From the human T2T-CHM13v2.0 reference genome, Homo sapiens, in the NCBI RefSeq assembly GCF_009914755.1, contig NC_060939.1: a stretch of DNA of 64,000 nucleotides; one strand, written 5' to 3'. Positions 27,600 to 43,200 of the stretch are shown here, piece by piece. Each line of letters begins with the position of its first letter. Positions within the stretch are counted from its first letter, which is position 1. Below the pieces are notes generated by a model that made no database searches, was not told the origin of the DNA, and saw nothing but the letters and a program-made list of their open reading frames with translations. Position numbers and translations under genes: made by a program.

Positions 27600-29990
27600 T
27601 CGATTCCACTTCGTTCCATTTCATTGCATTCCATTCTATTCAACTCTATTGCCTTCCATTCCATTCCATTCGATTACATTCCATGCGACTCCATTCGAAA
27701 TCGAATCAATTACATTGCAATCCATTACTATTGAGTCCGTTTTATTCCAGTCCACTGCATTCTGGTCCATTCCATTTGATTCCATTCCATTCTATTCCAT
27801 TCCATACAGTTGCATTCCATTGGATTCCATGCTACATCTATAAATTCAATTCGAGACCATTGCTTTTGAGTCCATTCTATATGATTCCATTCCATTCAAG
27901 TCCATTACATTTGGTTAAATTCCATTCCATTCGGTTCAATTCCATTCCATTCCATTCCCTTCCATTCCATTCCAATTGATATCAATCCATTCGATTCCAT
28001 TCCATTCGAGCACATTCCATTCGAGTCCATTCCATTCGATGCCATTCCATTTGATTCTATTCCATTAGTCTCCATTCAATTCCATTAATCTCCATTCCAT
28101 TCCATTCTACTCCAACTGATTCCATTCCATTCTATTCCTTTTTATTCCATTCCATTCCATTCCATTCCATTCCATTCCATTCTTGTCCATTCCACTCCAG
28201 TCCATTCCATTCGTATCCATTCCATTCCAGTCCATTCCATTTGTGTCCACTGCATTCCATTCCACTCCATTCCATATTATTCCATTACACTCCATTCCAT
28301 TCTATTACTTTCATTTCCATTCAATTCCATTCCATTTGATTCCATTCCACTCGGTTTCATTCCATTTGAGTCCACTCCATTCCATTCCATTCCATTCAGT
28401 TCCATTCCATTCTGTTCCATTCCATTCCGTTCCATTACATTCCAATCCATTCGGTACCATTCCATATTGTTCCATTCGATTCCATTCGAATCCATTCCAT
28501 TCCAGTCCATTCCATTCGATTCCATTCCATTCATTTCAATTCCATTCCATTCCATTCCATTACATTCCACTTGATTCCTCTCCATTCCCTTCCACTGCAT
28601 TCCGTTCGATTCCATTCCATTGCATTGCATTCCATTCCATTGGATTGCATTCCATTCGATTCCATTCCATTCGAATCAATTACATAGCAATCCATTACAT
28701 TCGAGTCTATTCTCTTCCGTTCCATTCGATTTCGTTCCAATCCATTCGATTCCATTCCATTCGATTCCATTCCATACTATTGCATTCCATTCGATTACAT
28801 TATATTCGAATAAGTTCCATTCAAGACCATTTCTTTTGAGTCCATTCTATTTGAGTCCATTCCCTTTGATTCCATAACATTTGAGTCCATTCAATTCCAT
28901 TCCTTTCGTTTCCATTCCATTTGATGCCATTCCATTCAATTCTGTTCTACTCGACTCCAATACATTCAATTCCATTCCATCCGATTCCATTACATTCTTT
29001 TCATTTCTTATCCATTTCAAGCCATTCCACTCCATTCCATTCCACTCGTTTCCTTTCCATTCGAGTCCATTCCTCTCCAGTCCATTCCGTTCAATCCATT
29101 CCATTCCAGTCCATTCCATTCGAGTCCGTTCCATTCCAGTCCATTCCATTCGAGTCAATTCCATTCCATTCGATGTCTTTCCATAACGATCCATTCCATT
29201 CTATTCCTTTCGATTCCATTCCATTCTATTTCATTCCATTCGATTCCCTTCCATTGGACTCCTTTCCATTCGAGTGCATTCCATTCCGTTCCATTTCTTT
29301 CCGTTCTGTACGATTCCTACCGTTCGATTTCATTTTCTTCCAGTCCATTCTTTCGCGTCCATTCCATTCCATTTCACTCCATTCGATTCCATTCCACTCG
29401 ATTCCACTTCGTTCCATTTCATTGCATTCCATTCTATTCAACTCTATTGCCTTCCATTCCATTCCATTCGATTACATTCCATGCGACTCCATTCGAAATC
29501 GAATCAATTACATTGCAATCCATTACTATTGAGTCCGTTTTATTCCAGTCCACTGCATTCTGGTCCATTCCATTTGATTCCATTCCATTCTATTCCATTC
29601 CATACAGTTGCATTCCATTGGATTCCATGCTACATCTATAAATTCAATTCGAGACCATTGCTTTTGAGTCCATTCTATATGATTCCATTCCATTCAAGTC
29701 CATTACATTTGGTTAAATTCCATTCCATTCGGTTCAATTCCATTCCATTCCATTCCCTTCCATTCCATTCCAATTGATATCAATCCATTCGATTCCATTC
29801 CATTCGAGCACATTCCATTCGAGTCCATTCCATTCGATGCCATTCCATTTGATTCTATTCCATTAGTCTCCATTCAATTCCATTAATCTCCATTCCATTC
29901 CATTCTACTCCAACTGATTCCATTCAATTCTATTCCTTTTTATTCCATTCCATTCCATTCCGTTCCATTCCATTCTTGTCCATTCCACTC
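27600..29990 (+). repeat. Adjacent single-unit duplication (U16/U17 share private variants)
   Basis: GCGACTCC, GCTACATCT, CAATTG (27973 and 29771) and CATTCTTGTCC were seen only in these two neighbours; offset ~1798. Confidence 0.88.
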
Positions 29991-32471
29991 CAGTCCATTC
30001 CATTCGTATCCATTCCATTCCAGTCCATTCCATTTGTGTCCACTGCATTCCATTCCACTCCATTCCATATTATTCCATTACACTCCATTCCATTCTATTA
30101 CTTTCATTTCCATTCAATTCCATTCCATTTGATTCCATTCCACTCGGTTTCATTCCATTTGAGTCCACTCCATTCCATTCCATTCCATTCAGTTCCATTC
30201 CATTCTGTTCCATTCCATTCCGTTCCATTACATTGCATTCCATTCGGTACCATTCCATATTGTTCCATTCGATTCCATTCGAATCCATTCCATTCCAGTC
30301 CATTCCATTCGATTCCATTCCATTCATTTCAATTCCATTCCATTCCATTCCATTACATTCCACTTGATTCCTCTCCATTCCCTTCCACTGCATTCCGTTC
30401 GATTCCATTCCATTGCATTGCATTCCATTCCATTGGATTGCATTCCATTCGATTCCATTCCATTCGAATCAATTACATAGCAATCCATTACATTCGAGTC
30501 TATTCTCTTCCGTTCCATTCGATTTCGTTCCAATCCATTCGATTCCATTCCATTCGATTCCATTCCATACTATTGCATTCCATTCGATTACATTATATTC
30601 GAATAAGTTCCATTCAAGACCATTTCTTTTGAGTCCATTCTATTTGAGTCCATTCCCTTTGATTCCATAACATTTGAGTCCATTCAATTCCATTCCTTTC
30701 GTTTCCATTCCATTTGATGCCATTCCATTCAATTCTGTTCTACTCGACTCCAATACATTCAATTCCATTCCATCCGATTCCATTACATTCTTTTCATTTC
30801 TTATCCATTTCAAGCCATTCCACTCCATTCCATTCCACTCGTTTCCTTTCCATTCGAGTCCATTCCTCTCCAGTCCATTCCGTTCAATCCATTCCATTCC
30901 AGTCCATTCCATTCGAGTCCGTTCCATTCCAGTCCATTCCATTCGAGTCAATTCCATTCCATTCGATGTCTTTCCATAACGATCCATTCCATTCTATTCC
31001 TTTCGATTCCATTCCATTCTATTTCATTCCATTCGATTCCCTTCCATTGGACTCCTTTCCATTCGAGTGCATTCCATTCCGTTCCATTTCTTTCCGTTCT
31101 GTACGATTCCTACCGTTCGATTTCATTTTCTTCCAGTCCATTCTTTCGCGTCCATTCCATTCCATTTCACTCCATTCGATTCCATTCCACTCGATTCCAC
31201 TTCGTTCCATTTCATTGCATTCCATTCTATTCAACTCTATTGCCTTCCATTCCATTCCATTCGATTACATTCCATGCGATTCCATTCGAAATCGAATCAA
31301 TTACATTGCAATCCATTACTATTGAGTCCGTTTTATTCCAGTCCACTGCATTCTGGTCCATTCCATTTGATTCCATTCCATTCTATTCCATTCCATACAG
31401 TTGCATTCCATTGGATTCCATGCTATATCTATAAATTCAATTCGAGACCATTGCTTTTGAGTCCATTCTATATGATTCCATTCCATTCAAGTCCATTACA
31501 TTTGGTTAAATTCCATTCCATTCGGTTCAATTCCATTCCATTCCATTCCCTTCCATTCCATTCCAGTTGATATCAATCCATTCGATTCCATTCCATTCGA
31601 GCACATTCCATTCGAGTCCATTCCATTCGATGCCATTCCATTTGATTCTATTCCATTAGTCTCCATTCAATTCCATTAATCTCCATTCCATTCCATTCTG
31701 CTCCAACTGATTCCATTCCATTCTATTCCTTTTTATTCCATTCCATTCCATTCCATTCCATTCCATTCCATTCCATTCCATTCGTGTCCATTCCACTCCA
31801 GTCCATTCCATTCGTATCCATTCCATTCCAGTCCATTCCATTTGTGTCCACTGCATTCCATTCCACTCCATTCCATATTATTCCATTACACTCCATTCCA
31901 TTCTATTACTTTCATTTCCATTCAATTCCATTCCATTTGATTCCATTCCACTCGGTTTCATTCTATTTGAGTCCACTCCATTCCATTCCATTCCATTCAG
32001 TTCCATTCCATTCTGTTCCATTCCATTCCGTTCCATTACATTGCATTCCATTCGGTACCATTCCATATTGTTCCATTCGATTCCATTCGAATCCATTCCA
32101 TTCCAGTCCATTCCATTCGATTCCATTCCATTCATTTCAATTCCATTCCATTACATTCCACTTGATTCCTCTCCATTCCCTTCCACTGCATTCCGTTCGA
32201 TTCCATTCCATTGCATTGCATTCCATTCCATTGGATTGCATTCCATTCGATTCCATTCCATTCGAATCAATTACATAGCAATCCATTACATTCGAGTCTA
32301 TTCTCTTCCGTTCCATTCGATTTCGTTCCAATCCATTCGATTCCATTCCATTCGATTCCATTCCATACTATTGCATTCCATTCGATTACATTATATTCGA
32401 ATAAGTTCCATTCAAGACCATTTCTTTTGAGTCCATTCTATTTGAGTCCATTCCCTTTGATTCCATAACAT

Positions 32472-34255
32472 TTGAGTCCATTCAATTCCATTCCTTTCGT
32501 TTCCATTCCATTTGATGCCATTCCATTCAATTCTGTTCTACTCGACTCCAATACATTCAATTCCATTCCATCCGATTCCATTACATTCTTTTCATTTCTT
32601 ATCCATTTCAAGCCATTCCACTCCATTCCATTCCACTCGTTTCCTTTCCATTCGAGTCCATTCCTCTCCAGTCCATTCCGTTCAATCCATTCCATTCCAG
32701 TCCATTCCATTCGAGTCCGTTCCATTCCAGTCCATTCCATTCGAGTCAATTCCATTCCATTCGATGTCTTTCCATAACGATCCATTCCATTCTATTCCTT
32801 TCGATTCCATTCCATTCTATTTCATTCCATTCGATTCCCTTCCATTGGACTCCTTTCCATTCGAGTGCATTCCATTCCGTTCCATTTCTTTCCGTTCTGT
32901 ACGATTCCTACCGTTCGATTTCATTTTGTTCCTGTCCATTCCTTTCGCGTCCATTCCATTCCATTTCACTCCATTCGATTCCATTCCACTCGATTCCACT
33001 TCGTTCCATTTCATTGCATTCCATTCTATTCAACTCTATTGCCTTCCATTCCATTCCATTCGATTACATTCCATGCGATTCCATTCGAAATCGAATCAAT
33101 TACATTGCAAACCATTACTATTGAGTCCGTTTTATTCCAGTCCACTGCATTCTGGTCCATTCCATTTGATTCCATTCCATTCTATTCCATTCCATACAGT
33201 TGCATTCCATTGGATTCCATGCTATATCTATAAATTCAATTCGAGACCATTGCTTTTGAGTCCATTCTATATGATTCCATTCCATTCAAGTCCATTACAT
33301 TTGGTTCAATTCCATTCCATTCCATTCCCTTTCATTCCATTCCATTTGATATCAATCCATTCGATTCCATTCCATTCGAGCACATTCCATTCGAGTCCAT
33401 TCCATTCGATGCCATTCCATTTGATTCTATTCCATTAGTCTCCATTCAATTCCATTAATCTCCATTCCATTCCATTCTACTCCAACTGATTCCATTCCAT
33501 TCTATTCCTTTCCATTCCATTTCATTCCATTCCATTCCACTCCATTCCATTCCATTCCATTCCATTCGTGTCCATTCCACTCCAGTCCATTCCATTCGTG
33601 TCCATTCCATTCCAGTCCATTCCATTTGTGTCCACTGCATTCCATTCCACTCCATTCCATATTATTCCATTACACTCCATTCCATTCTATTACTTTCATT
33701 TCCATTCAATTCCATTCCATTTGATTCCATTCCACTCGGTTTCATTCCATTTGAGTTCACTCCATTCCATTCCATTCCATTCCATTCAGTTCCATTCCAT
33801 TCCGTTCCATTACATTCCATTCCATTCGGTACCATTCCATATTGTTCCATTCGATTCCATTCGAATCCATTCCATTGCAGTCCATTCCATTCGATTCCAT
33901 TCCATTCATTTCAATTCCATTCCATTCCATTCCATTCCATTCCACTTGATTCCTCTCCATTCCCTTCCACTGCATTCCGTTCGATTCCATTCCATTGCAT
34001 TGCATTCCATTCCATTGGATTGCATTCCATTCGATTCCATTCCATTCGAATCAATTACATAGCAATCCATTACATTCGAGTCTATTCTATTCCGTTCCAT
34101 TCGATTTCGTTCCAATCCATTCGATTCCATTCCATTCGATTCCATTCCATACTATTGCATTCCATTCGATTACATTATATTCGAATAAGTTCCATTCAAG
34201 ACCATTTCTTTTGAGTCCATTCTATTTGAGTCCATTCCCTTTGATTCCATAACAT
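32472..34255 (+). repeat. Variant (B-type) unit U19, 1784 bp, nearly identical to U8
   Basis: Same diagnostics, same length and same CACTC interruption in the perfect tract as U8. Confidence 0.92.
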
Positions 34256-37200
34256 TTGAGTCCATTCAATTCCATTCCTTTCGTTTCCATTCCATTTGAT
34301 GCCATTCCATTCAATTCTGTTCTACTCGACTCCAATACATTCAATTCCATTCCATCCGATTCCATTACATTCTTTTCATTTCTTATCCATTTCAAGCCAT
34401 TCCACTCCATTCCATTCCACTCGTTTCCTTTCCATTCGAGTCCATTCCTCTCCAGTCCATTCCGTTCAATCCATTCCATTCCAGTCCATTCCATTCGAGT
34501 CCGTTCCATTCCAGTCCATTCCATTCGAGTCAATTCCATTCCATTCGATGTCTTTCCATAACGATCCATTCCATTCTATTCCTTTCGATTCCATTCCATT
34601 CTATTTCATTCCATTCGATTCCCTTCCATTGGACTCCTTTCCATTCGAGTGCATTCCATTCCGTTCCATTTCTTTCCGTTCTGTACGATTCCTACCGTTC
34701 GATTTCATTTTCTTCCAGTCCATTCTTTCGCGTCCATGCCATTCCATTTCACTCCATTCGATTCCATTCCACTCGATTCCACTTCGTTCCATTTCATTGC
34801 ATTCCATTCTATTCAACTCTATTGCCTTCCATTCCATTCCATTCGATTACATTCCATGCGATTCCATTCGAAATCGAATCAATTACATTGCAATCCATTA
34901 CTATTGAGTCCGTTTTATTCCAGTCCACTGCATTCTGGTCCATTCCATTTGATTCCATTCCATTCTATTCCATTCCATACGGTTGCATTCCATTGGATTC
35001 CATGCTATATCTATAAATTCAATTCGAGACCATTGCTTTTGAGTCCATTCTATATGATTCCATTCCATTCAAGTCCATTACATTTGGTTAAATTCCATTC
35101 CATTCGGTTCAATTCCATTCCATTCCATTCCCTTCCATTCCATTCCAGTTGATATCAATCCATTCGATTCCATTCCATTCGAGCACATTCCATTCGAATC
35201 CATTCCATTCGATGCCATTCCATTTGATTCTATTCCATTAGTCTCCATTCAATTCCATTAATCTCCATTCCATTCCATTCTACTCCAACTGATTCCATTC
35301 CATTCTATTCCTTTCCATTCCATTTCATTCCATTCCATTCCATTCCATTCCATTCCATTCCATTCCATTCGTGTCCATTCCACTCCAGTCCATTCCATTC
35401 GTATCCATTCCATTCCAGTCCATTCCATTTGTGTCCACTGCATTCCATTCCACTCCATTCCATATTATTCCATTACACTCCATTCCATTCTATTACTTTC
35501 ATTTCCATTCAATTCCATTCCATTTGATTCCATTCCACTCGGTTTCATTCCATTTGAGTCCACTCCATTCCATTCCATTCCATTCAGTTCCATTCCATTC
35601 TGTTCCATTCCATTCCGTTCCATTACATTCCATTCCATTCGGTACCATTCCATATTGTTCCATTCGATTCCATTCGAATCCATTCCATTCCAGTCCATTC
35701 CATTCGATTCCATTCCATTCATTTCAATTCCATTCCATTCCATTCCATTACATTCCACTTGATTCCTCTCCATTCCCTTCCACTGCATTCCGTTCGATTC
35801 CATTCCATTGCATTGCATTCCATTCCATTGGATTGCATTCCATTCGATTCCATTCCATTCGAATCAATTACATAGCAATCCATTACATTCGAGTCTATTC
35901 TCTTCCGTTCCATTCGATTTCGTTCCAATCCATTCGATTCCATTCCATTCGATTCCATTCCATACTATTGCATTCCATTCGATTACATTATATTCGAATA
36001 AGTTCCATTCAAGACCATTTCTTTTGAGTCCATTCTATTTGAGTCCATTCCCTTTGATTCCATAACATTTGAGTCCATTCAATTCCATTCCTTTCGTTTC
36101 CATTCCATTTGATGCCATTCCATTCAATTCTGTTCTACTCGACTCCAATACATTCAATTCCATTCCATCCGATTCCATTACATTCTTTTCATTTCTTACC
36201 CATTTCAAGCCATTCCACTCCATTCCATTCCACTCGTTTCCTTTCCATTCGAGTCCATTCCTCTCCAGTCCATTCCGTTCAATCCATTCCATTCCAGTCC
36301 ATTCCATTCGAGTCCGTTCCATTCCAGTCCATTCCATTCGAGTCAATTCCATTCCATTCGATGTCTTTCCATAAGGATCCATTCCATTCTATTCCTTTCG
36401 ATTCCATTCCATTCTATTTCATTCCATTCGATTCCCTTCCATTGGACTCCTTTCCATTCGAGTGCATTCCATTCCGTTCCATTTCTTTCCGTTCTGTACG
36501 ATTCCTACCGTTCGATTTCATTTTGTTCCAGTCCATTCTTTCGCGTCCATTCCATTCCATTTCACTCCATTCGATTCCATTCCACTCGATTCCACTTCGT
36601 TCCATTTCATTGCATTCCATTCTATTCAACTCTATTGCCTTCCATTCCATTCCATTCGATTACATTCCATGCGATTCCATTCGAAATCGAATCAATTACA
36701 TTGCAATCCATTACTATTGAGTCCGTTTTATTCCAGTCCACTGCATTCTGGTCCATTCCATTTGATTCCATTCCATTCTATTCCATTCCATACAGTTGCA
36801 TTCCATTGGATTCCATGCTATATCTATAAATTCAATTCGAGACCATTGCTTTTGAGTCCATTCTATATGATTCCATTCCATTCAAGTCCATTACATTTGG
36901 TTAAATTCCATTCCATTCGGTTCAATTCCATTCCATTCCATTCCCTTCCATTCCATTCCAGTTGATATCAATCCATTCGATTCCATTCCATTCGAGCACA
37001 TTCCATTCGAGTCCATTCCATTCGATGCCATTCCATTTGATTCTATTCCATTAGTCTCCATTCAATTCCATTAATCTCCATTCCATTCCATTCTACTCCA
37101 ACTGATTCCATTCCATTCTATTCCTTTCCATTCCATTTCATTCCATTCCATTCCATTCCATTCCATTCCATTCCATTCCATTCGTGTCCATTCCACTCCA

Positions 37201-40200
37201 GTCCATTCCATTCGTATCCATTCCATTCCAGTCCATTCCATTTGTGTCCACTGCATTCCATTCCACTCCATTCCATATTATTCCATTACACTCCATTCCA
37301 TTCTATTACTTTCATTTCCATTCAATTCCATTCCATTTGATTCCATTCCACTCGGTTTCATTCCATTTGAGTCCACTCCATTCCATTCCATTCCATTCAG
37401 TTCCATTCCATTCTGTTCCATTCCATTCCGTTCCATTACATTCCATTCCATTCGGTACCATTCCATATTGTTCCATTCGATTCCATTCGAATCCATTCCA
37501 TTCCAGTCCATTCCATTCGATTCCATTCCATTCATTTCAATTCCATTCCATTCCATTCCATTACATTCCACTTGATTCCTCTCCATTCCCTTCCACTGCA
37601 TTCCGTTCGATTCCATTCCATTGCATTGCATTCCATTCCATTGGATTGCATTCCATTCGATTCCATTCCATTCGAATCAATTACATAGCAATCCATTACA
37701 TTCGAGTCTATTCTCTTCCGTTCCATTCGATTTCGTTCCAATCCATTCGATTCCATTCCATTCGATTCCATTCCATACTATTGCATTCCATTCGATTACA
37801 TTATATTCGAATAAGTTCCATTCAAGACCATTTCTTTTGAGTCCATTCTATTTGAGTCCATTCCCTTTGATTCCATAACATTTGAGTCCATTCAATTCCA
37901 TTCCTTTCGTTTCCATTCCATTTGATGCCATTCCATTCAATTCTGTTCTACTCGACTCCAATACATTCAATTCCATTCCATCCGATTCCATTACATTCTT
38001 TTCATTTCTTATCCATTTCAAGCCATTCCACTCCATTCCATTCCACTCGTTTCCTTTCCATTCGAGTCCATTCCTCTCCAGTCCATTCCGTTCAATCCAT
38101 TCCATTCCAGTCCATTCCATTCGAGTCCGTTCCATTCCAGTCCATTCCATTCGAGTCAATTCCATTCCATTCGATGTCTTTCCATAACGATCCATTCCAT
38201 TCTATTCCTTTCGATTCCATTCCATTCTATTTCATTCCATTCGATTCCCTTCCATTGGACTCCTTTCCATTCGAGTGCATTCCATTCCGTTCCATTTCTT
38301 TCCGTTCTGTACGATTCCTACCGTTCGATTTCATTTTGTTCCAGTCCATTCTTTCGCGTCCATTCATTCCATTTCACTCCATTCGATTCCATTCCACTCG
38401 ATTCCACTTCGATCCATTTCATTGCATTCCATTCTATTCAACTCTATTGCCTTCCATTCCATTCCATTCGATTACATTCCATGCGATTCCATTCAAAATC
38501 GAATCAATTACATTGCAATCCATTACTATTGAGTCCGTTTTATTCCAGTCCACTGCATTCTGGTCCATTCCATTTGATTCCATTCCATTCTATTCCATTC
38601 CATACAGTTGCATTCCATTGGATTCCATGCTATATCTATAAATTCAATTCGAGACCATTGCTTTTGAGTCCATTCTATATGATTCCATTCCATTCAAGTC
38701 CATTACATTTGGTTAAATTCCATTCCATTCGGTTCAATTCCATTCCATTCCATTCCCTTCCATTCCATTCCAGTTGATATCAATCCATTCGATTCCATTC
38801 CATTCGAGCACATTCCATTCGAGTCCATTCCATTCGATGCCATTCCATTTGATTCTATTCCATTAGTCTCCATTCAATTCCATTAATCTCCATTCCATTC
38901 CATTCTACTCCAACTGATTCCATTCCATTCTATTCCTTTCCATTCCATTTCATTCCATTCCATTCCATTCCATTCCATTCCATTCCATTCCATTCCATTC
39001 GTGTCCATTCCACTCCAGTCCATTCCATTCGTATCCATTCCATTCCAGTCCATTCCATTTGTGTCCACTGCATTCCATTCCACTCCATTCCATATTATTC
39101 CATTACACTCCATTCCATTCTATTACTTTCATTTCCATTCAATTCCATTCCATTTGATTCCATTCCACTCGGTTTCATTCCATTTGAGTCCACTCCATTC
39201 CATTCCATTCCATTCAGTTCCATTCCATTCTGTTCCATTCCATTCCGTTCCATTACATTCCATTCCATTCGGTACCATTCCATATTGTTCCATTCGATTC
39301 CATTCGAATCCATTCCATTCCAGTCCATTCCATTCGATTCCATTCCATTCATTTCAATTCCATTCCATTCCATTCCATTACATTCCACTTGATTCCTCTC
39401 CATTCCCTTCCACTGCATTCCGTTCGATTCCATTCCATTGCATTGCATTCCATTCCATTGGATTGCATTCCATTCGATTCCATTCCATTCGAATCAATTA
39501 CATAGCAATCCATTACATTCGAGTCTATTCTCTTCCGTTCCATTCGATTTCGTTCCAATCCATTCGATTCCATTCCATTCGATTCCATTCCATACTATTG
39601 CATTCCATTCGATTACATTATATTCGAATAAGTTCCATTCAAGACCATTTCTTTTGAGTCCATTCTATTTGAGTCCATTCCCTTTGATTCCATAACATTT
39701 GAGTCCATTCAATTCCATTCCTTTCGTTTCCATTCCATTTGATGCCATTCCATTCAATTCTGTTCTACTCGACTCCAATACATTCAATTCCATTCCATCC
39801 GATTCCATTACATTCTTTTCATTTCTTATCCATTTCAAGCCATTCCACTCCATTCCATTCCACTCGTTTCCTTTCCATTCGAGTCCATTCCTCTCCAGTC
39901 CATTCCGTTCAATCCATTCCATTCCAGTCCATTCCATTCGAGTCCGTTCCATTCCAGTCCATTCCATTCGAGTCAATTCCATTCCATTCGATGTCTTTCC
40001 ATAACGATCCATTCCATTCTATTCCTTTCGATTCCATTCCATTCTATTTCATTCCATTCGATTCCCTTCCATTGGACTCCTTTCCATTCGAGTGCATTCC
40101 ATTCCGTTCCATTTCTTTCCGTTCTGTACGATTCCTACCGTTCGATTTCATTTTCTTCCAGTCCATTCTTTCGCGTCCATTCCATTCCATTTCACTCCAT

Positions 40201-43200
40201 TCGATTCCATTCCACTCGATTCCACTTCGTTCCATTTCATTGCATTCCATTCTATTCAACTCTATTGCCTTCCATTCCATTCCATTCGATTACATTCCAT
40301 GCGATTCCATTCGAAATCGAATCAATTACATTGCAATCCATTACTATTGAGTCCGTTTTATTCCAGTCCACTGCATTCTGGTCCATTCCATTTGATTCCA
40401 TTCCATTCTATTCCATTCCATACAGTTGCATTCCATTGGATTCCATGCTATATCTATAAATTCAATTCGAGACCATTGCTTTTGAGTCCATTCTATATGA
40501 TTCCATTCCATTCAAGTCCATTACATTTGGTTAAATTCCATTCCATTCGGTTCAATTCCATTCCATTCCATTCCCTTCCATTCCATTCCAGTTGATATCA
40601 ATCCATTCGATTCCATTCCATTCGAGCACATTCCATTCGAGTCCATTCCATTCGATGCCATTCCATTTGATTCTATTCCATTAGTCTCCATTCAATTCCA
40701 TTAATCTCCATTCCATTCCATTCTACTCCAACTGATTCCATTCCATTCTATTCCTTTCCATTCCATTTCATTCCATTCCATTCCATTCCATTCCATTCCA
40801 TTCCATTCCATTCGTGTCCATTCCACTCCAGTCCATTCCATTCGTATCCATTCCATTCCAGTCCATTCCATTTGTGTCCACTGCATTCCATTCCACTCCA
40901 TTCCATATTATTCCATTACACTCCATTCCATTCTATTACTTTCATTTCCATTCAATTCCATTCCATTTGATTCCATTCCACTCGGTTTCATTCCATTTGA
41001 GTCCACTCCATTCCATTCCATTCCATTCAGTTCCATTCCATTCTGTTCCATTCCATTCCGTTCCATTACATTCCATTCCATTCGGTACCATTCCATATTG
41101 TTCCATTCGATTCCATTCGAATCCATTCCATTCCAGTCCATTCCATTCGATTCCATTCCATTCATTTCAATTCCATTCCATTCCATTCCATTACATTCCA
41201 CTTGATTCCTCTCCATTCCCTTCCACTGCATTCCGTTCGATTCCATTCCATTGCATTGCATTCCATTCCATTGGATTGCATTCCATTCGATTCCATTCCA
41301 TTCGAATCAATTACATAGCAATCCATTACATTCGAGTCTATTCTCTTCCGTTCCATTCGATTTCGTTCCAATCCATTCGATTCCATTCCATTCGATTCCA
41401 TTCCATACTATTGCATTCCATTCGATTACATTATATTCGAATAAGTTCCATTCAAGACCATTTCTTTTGAGTCCATTCTATTTGAGTCCATTCCCTTTGA
41501 TTCCATAACATTTGAGTCCATTCAATTCCATTCCTTTCGTTTCCATTCCATTTGATGCCATTCCATTCAATTCTGTTCTACTCGACTCCAATACATTCAA
41601 TTCCATTCCATCCGATTCCATTACATTCTTTTCATTTCTTACCCATTTCAAGCCATTCCACTCCATTCCATTCCACTCGTTTCCTTTCCATTCGAGTCCA
41701 TTCCTCTCCAGTCCATTCCGTTCAATCCATTCCATTCCAGTCCATTCCATTCGAGTCCGTTCCATTCCAGTCCATTCCATTCGAGTCAATTCCATTCCAT
41801 TCGATGTCTTTCCATAAGGATCCATTCCATTCTATTCCTTTCGATTCCATTCCATTCTATTTCATTCCATTCGATTCCCTTCCATTGGACTCCTTTCCAT
41901 TCGAGTGCATTCCATTCCGTTCCATTTCTTTCCGTTCTGTACGATTCCTACCGTTCGATTTCATTTTGTTCCAGTCCATTCTTTCGCGTCCATTCATTCC
42001 ATTTCACTCCATTCGATTCCATTCCACTCGATTCCACTTCGTTCCATTTCATTGCATTCCATTCTATTCAACTCTATTGCCTTCCATTCCATTCCATTCG
42101 ATTACATTCCATGCGATTCCATTCAAAATCGAATCAATTACATTGCAATCCATTACTATTGAGTCCGTTTTATTCCAGTCCACTGCATTCTGGTCCATTC
42201 CATTTGATTCCATTCCATTCTATTCCATTCCATACAGTTGCATTCCATTGGATTCCATGCTATATCTATAAATTCAATTCGAGACCATTGCTTTTGAGTC
42301 CATTCTATATGATTCCATTCCATTCAAGTCCATTACATTTGGTTAAATTCCATTCCATTCGGTTCAATTCCATTCCATTCCATTCCCTTCCATTCCATTC
42401 CAGTTGATATCAATCCATTCGATTCCATTCCATTCGAGCACATTCCATTCGAGTCCATTCCATTCGATGCCATTCCATTTGATTCTATTCCATTAGTCTC
42501 CATTCAATTCCATTAATCTCCATTCCATTCCATTCTACTCCAACTGATTCCATTCCATTCTATTCCTTTCCATTCCATTTCATTCCATTCCATTCCATTC
42601 CATTCCATTCCATTCCATTCCATTCGTGTCCATTCCACTCCAGTCCATTCCATTCGTATCCATTCCATTCCAGTCCATTCCATTTGTGTCCACTGCATTC
42701 CATTCCACTCCATTCCATATTATTCCATTACACTCCATTCCATTCTATTACTTTCATTTCCATTCAATTCCATTCCATTTGATTCCATTCCACTCGGTTT
42801 CATTCCATTTGAGTCCACTCCATTCCATTCCATTCCATTCAGTTCCATTCCATTCTGTTCCATTCCATTCCGTTCCATTACATTCCATTCCATTCGGTAC
42901 CATTCCATATTGTTCCATTCGATTCCATTCGAATCCATTCCATTCCAGTCCATTCCATTCGATTCCATTCCATTCATTTCAATTCCATTCCATTCCATTC
43001 CATTACATTCCACTTGATTCCTCTCCATTCCCTTCCACTGCATTCCGTTCGATTCCATTCCATTGCATTGCATTCCATTCCATTGGATTGCATTCCATTC
43101 GATTCCATTCCATTCGAATCAATTACATAGCAATCCATTACATTCGAGTCTATTCTCTTCCGTTCCATTCGATTTCGTTCCAATCCATTCGATTCCATTC

